The translations under genes were made by a program, and so were the position numbers. Below are positions 63,055 to 63,908 of a stretch of 63,908 nt of DNA, piece by piece; positions within the stretch are counted from its first letter, which is position 1, and each line of letters starts with the position of its first letter. The DNA lies in the NCBI RefSeq assembly GCF_001194135.2, contig NC_068990.1, positions 30,081,509-30,145,416 of the forward strand. Reading direction: 5' to 3'. Below the pieces are notes generated by a model, which did no database searches, was not told the origin of the DNA, and saw only the letters and a list, made by a program, of their open reading frames with translations. This stretch comes from Octopus bimaculoides (lineage: Eukaryota).

Positions 63055-63467
63055 GGCAACATGCTGTGCTTGAGGAGACCTATTGAGTCAAGTACATCAA
63101 CATCAAAATGAAATCACAATCAAATGGAAATTGTAGTTGTGGTCCCTGTGCTAGTGACATGTAAAAAACACCATCCAAACGTGACCAATGCCAGCACCAC
63201 CATGACTGGCTCCCGTGCCACTGGCATGTAAAAAGCACCATCCAATCATGGTCAATGCCAGCCCCCTGTGTCCCCTGTGCCGGAGACATGTAAAAAGCAC
63301 CCACTACACTCTCAGAGTGGTTGGCGTTAGAAAGGGCATCCAGCCATAGAAACTCTGCCAAATTAGCTTGGTACCTGGTGCAGCCTCCCAGCTTGCCAGA
63401 CCCCAGTCAGACCATCCAACTTATGCCAGCATGGAAAGGGGACATTAAACGATGATGATGATGATGA
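63055..63467 (+). mobile_element. RTE-tailed SINE with subrepeat body
   Basis: Repeated gtgcc.g.g.catgtaaaaagcacc units, then gagtggttggcgttagaaagggcatccag...gccagcatggaaag..acattaaacgatgatgatg. Confidence 0.8.
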
Positions 63468-63908
63468 TTTATATTTACACTATATTTCAATATTGCTTCA
63501 GTCTCCATTTATCACCAGGTGTCTCATTCCTGAATGGTTACATTTATCTAAGGTTGGACACAAACTAGGAACTGTTTATTTTCAAATTAAGGTTATTAAA
63601 CATCCTTCTTCATTGACAGTGGCACAGTGAATAATGATAATGGAATCTCTTTAGTGCAATTTTAGTTATGTTAAGAATGTGGATGAAAGGAAGGACTAAA
63701 AGTTTATTTTTCAAATGAGGGGGGTAGGTTGTGAGTTGGGATAGGAGTGGTTGGAGCAGCGAGGACATAGATTTATTAGTTAGCTTTTCTTGTCGCACAG
63801 CAAGGAGTGGCAAAATGAGATTTTCTGAATCAGCAAAACAAACAAGAGTCACAGAAGACATGCAAAGAGAGTTGTGTAAAATAAACATGCAAGAAGCTAA
63901 CACCTGCT

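Noticed and set aside
63610-63903. 97-aa minus-strand ORF with an acceptor-like site
   Set aside because: No recognisable domain and no good donor; truncated by the window end.

Overview
AT-rich, microsatellite- and transposon-saturated animal genomic scaffold with 14 N-gaps. Repeat style points to a coleoid cephalopod, probably Octopus (inferred from recalled repeat families, no search run). It is mostly intronic or intergenic. The only securely recognisable gene is the 3' end of a formin-like gene (FMNL/Frl) on the minus strand, with three exons (9477-9547 partial, 7055-7163, 356-456) giving the FH2 C-terminus and DAD (...[28 protein letters not shown]...). A few orphan candidate exons of unknown genes are also present. 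The rest is a TE fossil record: five mariner remnants, a Tc1-like end, hAT and piggyBac-type MITEs with intact TSDs, a KIAA1586-like hAT fossil, RTE, CR1/L2 and Tx1-like LINE pieces, a probable solo LTR and many tRNA-derived and RTE-tailed SINEs. The best lead is a small non-coding element family found at three loci (about 19.4 kb, 57.3 kb and twice in a 407-bp palindrome at 58.4-58.8 kb). Each copy has a minimal type I hammerhead-ribozyme core with a non-Watson-Crick 10.1/11.1 pair. About 80 nt downstream each has a conserved hairpin showing compensatory changes. This suggests a Penelope-associated or retrozyme-like system. Activity is untested.
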